From contig OY763927.2 of NCBI GenBank assembly GCA_963667665.2, positions 928,001-992,000 on the forward strand: DNA of 64,000 nucleotides, in the 5' to 3' direction. The notes below the pieces were generated by a model. The model was given only the letters and a program-made list of their open reading frames with translations, did not search any database and was not told where the DNA came from. A program made the translations under genes and the position numbers. This DNA is from Nitrosopumilus sp. (GTDB lineage Archaea; Thermoproteota; Nitrososphaeria; Nitrososphaerales; Nitrosopumilaceae). Below, piece after piece: positions 60,761-64,000 of the stretch; within the stretch, counting starts at the first letter, position 1; each line of letters starts with the position of its first letter.

Positions 60761-61417
60761 ATGACTCACATCGCAAGAATCGGTATTGGTGGACCAGTTG
60801 GTTCTGGTAAAAGCATGTTAATTGAACGCTTGGTGCCAATGTTGGCTGAAAAGGGATACAGTGTAAGTATAATCTCAAATGATGTGATTTCAAAAGAAGA
60901 TGCTGACAGAATGAGGGATAATTTAGCTACGAAAAAAGGACTACTTCCAGAAAATTTAGTGATTGGTCTTGCAACTGGCGGTTGTCCACATACTGCAATC
61001 AGAGAAGATCCTTCCATGAATCTTGCAGTAATAGAAGAAATAGAATCAGAGCATCCTGATCTTGACCTTATAATTATTGAAAGTGGAGGAGATAACATTA
61101 CAACTACATTCAGTCCCATTCTTGCAGATTATTCTATTTACATAGTTGATGTTGCAGGAGGAGACAAGTATCCAAGAAAAGGCGGATTAGGAATTGAGAG
61201 TTGTGATCTTTTAGTAATTAACAAGATAGATCTTGCCATGATGGTTGGAGCAGACCTTGATATCATGAAAAGAGATGCAGAAAAGATTAGAAAAGAAAAA
61301 CCATTTGAATTTATCAATTGTAAAACAGATGAAGGTATAATGAAGATAACTGAACACATTATTCATGATGTCTTGTTTGATTCTGCACCAAAATCAGAAC
61401 TTACACAAAAGGTGTGA
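60761..61417 (+). CDS. ureG: Urease accessory GTPase UreG
   Basis: [32 protein letters not shown]. Confidence 0.98.
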   Translation: MTHIARIGIGGPVGSGKSMLIERLVPMLAEKGYSVSIISNDVISKEDADRMRDNLATKKGLLPENLVIGLATGGCPHTAIREDPSMNLAVIEEIESEHPDLDLIIIESGGDNITTTFSPILADYSIYIVDVAGGDKYPRKGGLGIESCDLLVINKIDLAMMVGADLDIMKRDAEKIRKEKPFEFINCKTDEGIMKITEHIIHDVLFDSAPKSELTQKV

Positions 61418-61420
61418 TTA

Positions 61421-62347
61421 TTGAATAAACTAGAATACTACACACCAAATGACATACCAAAAGAAATTCAGACATATGATTCAGAAATAAAACAATTAGG
61501 AGTTGGAAAATCAGGAAAAGTAGGCATTCTTGATTTGGAACTTCAAAAAAACAGTAATGGTAAAACAGTTGTTACAAAACAATTTTCTCAAGTTCCGTTA
61601 CAATTTCAACGAGCATTATATCCTGAAAACTCACTTCCTGAAATGGCATATCTTTATGTTATTTCTCCATCAGGAGGAGTTCTACAAGGGGATAGATACA
61701 GAATGGATGTGTCATTAAAAAATAAGGCCATCGCTCATATGACAACTCAAGGTGCCACTAGCATCTACAGTATGGATTCAAATTTTGCATCACAAATTGT
61801 AAACATCACACTTGATGAGAATTGTTATTTAGAATACATCCCTGATCAAATAATACCAAACAAGAATTCCAGGTATTATCAAAAAGTTAATCTGAATATT
61901 CACGATAATGCAACTTTGGTATATTCAGAAATTTTAACTCCTGGAAGAGTAGCCATGGATGAATCTTTTGAATATGATATTTGTTACCTAAGAACACACT
62001 GTAAGAACCAAGACAAAAAAATAAGGTTTTTAGAAAATACAAAAATTGAGCCAAAAAAACAAAAATTAAAAAATTTTGGAATATTAGGCAAATACAACAC
62101 AGTTGGAACAGTTTACATCTTGACTAGAAAAGAAAATGTAATTGAACTAGAAAATTCAATAAATGAAAGAATCAAAAAGACAGATGCAATGTCTATTGGA
62201 ACATCCATTCTTCCAGATGAATCCGGAATAGTCATCAGAATTTTAGGAGATAAGACAGATAATATTTCTGATGTAATTTTCAAGATACTTGAAATTAGTA
62301 GAAAGAAAATTCTTGGTGCATCAATTAGTAAAATAAGAAAAAACTAG
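61421..62347 (+). CDS. ureD: Urease accessory protein UreD
   Basis: SPSGGVLQGD, TTQGAT, LEYIPD, PGRVAMDESF. Confidence 0.95.
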   Translation: MNKLEYYTPNDIPKEIQTYDSEIKQLGVGKSGKVGILDLELQKNSNGKTVVTKQFSQVPLQFQRALYPENSLPEMAYLYVISPSGGVLQGDRYRMDVSLKNKAIAHMTTQGATSIYSMDSNFASQIVNITLDENCYLEYIPDQIIPNKNSRYYQKVNLNIHDNATLVYSEILTPGRVAMDESFEYDICYLRTHCKNQDKKIRFLENTKIEPKKQKLKNFGILGKYNTVGTVYILTRKENVIELENSINERIKKTDAMSIGTSILPDESGIVIRILGDKTDNISDVIFKILEISRKKILGASISKIRKN

Positions 62348-62378
62348 GCTTAATGCTATACATGGAATATGTAAGACA

Positions 62379-62594
62379 CTAGGGAAGAAGTGAAATATTC
62401 ATTTCTTCTTCTAATTCAGCGTTTTTATCAATCAACAGTTGATTTTGATCATCAATTTCAAACTGATTTTCTGATTCATCTGAAGAATCAAATCCAAAAT
62501 AAAAAATCAAATTAACTACAATAAACATTATTAGAATTAGAACTAATTTGGTTTTAGTTGATAGTGCTCTATTAGAGTCGGGTCTATTAGCCAT
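62379..62594 (-). CDS. Small single-TM hypothetical protein with an acidic tail
   Basis: 71-aa ATG ORF with one TM. Confidence 0.6.
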   Translation of the reverse strand: MANRPDSNRALSTKTKLVLILIMFIVVNLIFYFGFDSSDESENQFEIDDQNQLLIDKNAELEEEMNISLLP

Positions 62595-62679
62595 AATGTA
62601 AATTCAAATTACTCATTTTTATCTATGCCTAAAATGAAAATCTCGCCACAAGATTTAAAATTCAATTTGATATGGAAAA

Positions 62680-62919
62680 ATGAAATTGAATGAAAACAAA
62701 ATAGAATGGTATGATGAAATTTTTGATTTTTTAAAGGACGAACACCCTGATTGGGAAAAATTGCTAGTAGATGAACAAGTCAAAATAAAAACAAATCAAC
62801 ATACAATAGAATTTTCTGTAATAGAGCAAGTTTTACAAAAATTTAATCTTAGAATTACTAATATTTCATATACAGACTATTATGGTATAATTTTTAGAAT
62901 TGAGAAATTAGAAAAATAA
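62680..62919 (+). CDS. Small hypothetical protein
   Basis: 79-aa ATG ORF with a TTTAAAA box upstream. Confidence 0.65.
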   Translation: MKLNENKIEWYDEIFDFLKDEHPDWEKLLVDEQVKIKTNQHTIEFSVIEQVLQKFNLRITNISYTDYYGIIFRIEKLEK

Positions 62920-62984
62920 TTTCACTATACTATATTTCATTTTGACCAATTAGATTTTAATAATCAATTTACCAACGAATTTCA

Positions 62985-63350
62985 ATGGATTATGAAAAAC
63001 TGTGCAAAAACATTCTTGAATTAGATCCAAAAATAAGGTTCACAGGAGTCGTAAATACCAAAGGTGTTCTAGTTAATAGTTTTGAACAGAAGGGAGTGGA
63101 GCAGTATTTGTCCCCTGACGAATTGAAAATGTCCATTCATTATTCAATGTGAGAATGGGAGAAATCTCAAAATCTATCCCATGAACTTGGTTTTGAGAAA
63201 TCTTCAGTTTTAGAATATGACAAAGTTTCCTTAATTAGCATACCAATTGACAGCAGTAACTTATTTGTGGCAAGTATTGAGCCTAATGAAGATTTTTTCA
63301 AAATGATTTCAAAAATAAAACCAATAATACAAAATTTTAATAAAGAATAG
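62985..63350 (+). pseudogene. Roadblock/profilin-like thaumarchaeal protein (DUF6659-like) interrupted by an in-frame TGA at 63150
   Basis: MDYEKLCKNILELDPKIRFTGVVNTKG...SIHYSM*EWEKSQNLSHELG..EYDKVSLISIP...SIEP; the frame stays open to TAG 63350. Confidence 0.7.
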
Positions 63351-63479
63351 TCATAAGATTTCATTTTTGAAACTTGAAAAAGTTTGATTGGATAGTATGA
63401 TTACTAAAAACCATCTTACCAAAAGCGTACAAAATTCTTAGTTAGTATAGTAATTAGACATAACAAATCGACGTAAACT

Positions 63480-64000
63480 GTGCAAAAAGAATTTCCTGAA
63501 GCTGAGATCTTTGAGATTAAGAAAGTAGAATTAAAGAACCCAATAATTTTTGCAGGTTTTGTTGGAGCAGGCCTTGTAGGTCCTGTTGCAATTAATCACA
63601 TTATTGATAAATTAGAAATGGAGGAGATCGGAGTGATGAGATCAAAGTATCTTCCCCCATCAACAGTTTTCATGAGAGGTAGATTACGTCATCCTTTTAG
63701 ATTTTATGCAAATCAAAAAGGAACAATTTGTGCAATAATTTGTGAAATAACATTGAAGATGGAAGGACTTTACTGTCTGGTATCATCAATTTTAGATTGG
63801 GCAGCAGAAAAAGGATCAAAAGAAATTGTAATTCTAGATGGAGTTGCAAGTGATGAACATGATAACAAAGCATACTGTGCAGCTGAAGAAGATCTGATTA
63901 GAACAATGGCAGACAAAGATATCAGTATGATTCCTCAAGGATTCATTACAGGTATTCCTGGAGGTATACTAAACGAATGTCTAGTAAGAGAAATTCAAGG
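63480..64000 (+). CDS. PAC2-family proteasome assembly chaperone-like protein (3' end runs off the window)
   Basis: Hand translation MQKEFPEAEIFEIKKVELKNPIIFAGFVGAGLVG..YLPPSTVF..HPFRFY..ITGIPGGIL. Confidence 0.85.
   Translation, partial: MQKEFPEAEIFEIKKVELKNPIIFAGFVGAGLVGPVAINHIIDKLEMEEIGVMRSKYLPPSTVFMRGRLRHPFRFYANQKGTICAIICEITLKMEGLYCLVSSILDWAAEKGSKEIVILDGVASDEHDNKAYCAAEEDLIRTMADKDISMIPQGFITGIPGGILNECLVREIQ

Noticed and set aside
63167-63364. 65-aa minus-strand ORF
   Set aside because: Shadow of the TGA-interrupted plus-strand gene.

Overview
AT-rich archaeal chromosomal window, almost certainly from a Nitrosopumilus-like ammonia-oxidising thaumarchaeon. Support: TBP, TFB, Alba, aIF1, Sec61beta, archaeal RNase P RNA, F420 cof genes, a Ser-type thaumarchaeosortase, and many apparently leaderless TTG/GTG starts. 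Positions 1-48100 are mostly core genes (smc, inositol-phosphate synthase, deoxyhypusine synthase, DinB, cofCDGH, map, tbp, tfb, tRNA-Pro, rnpB, large surface proteins). Positions ~48250-62350 form a nitrogen-scavenging island: a winged-helix regulator, a catalytically degenerate His-tailed chaperonin, a non-DUR3 sodium:solute symporter, an atypical ureohydrolase, a UreA-like paralogue, a Ni transporter and a full ureABC/EFGD urease set. The symporter and ureohydrolase share a near-identical promoter motif exactly 56 nt before their start codons. I infer a co-regulated pathway that turns an imported guanidino compound into urea and then ammonia. Also found by eye: an unannotated ~79-nt multi-stem RNA, a C/D-box sRNA next to tRNA-Pro, several microproteins missed by the ORF track, a frameshifted Pro-Glu-Pro-Thr repeat Alba, and a gene with an in-frame TGA. 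All family assignments come from motif recognition; no database searches were run.
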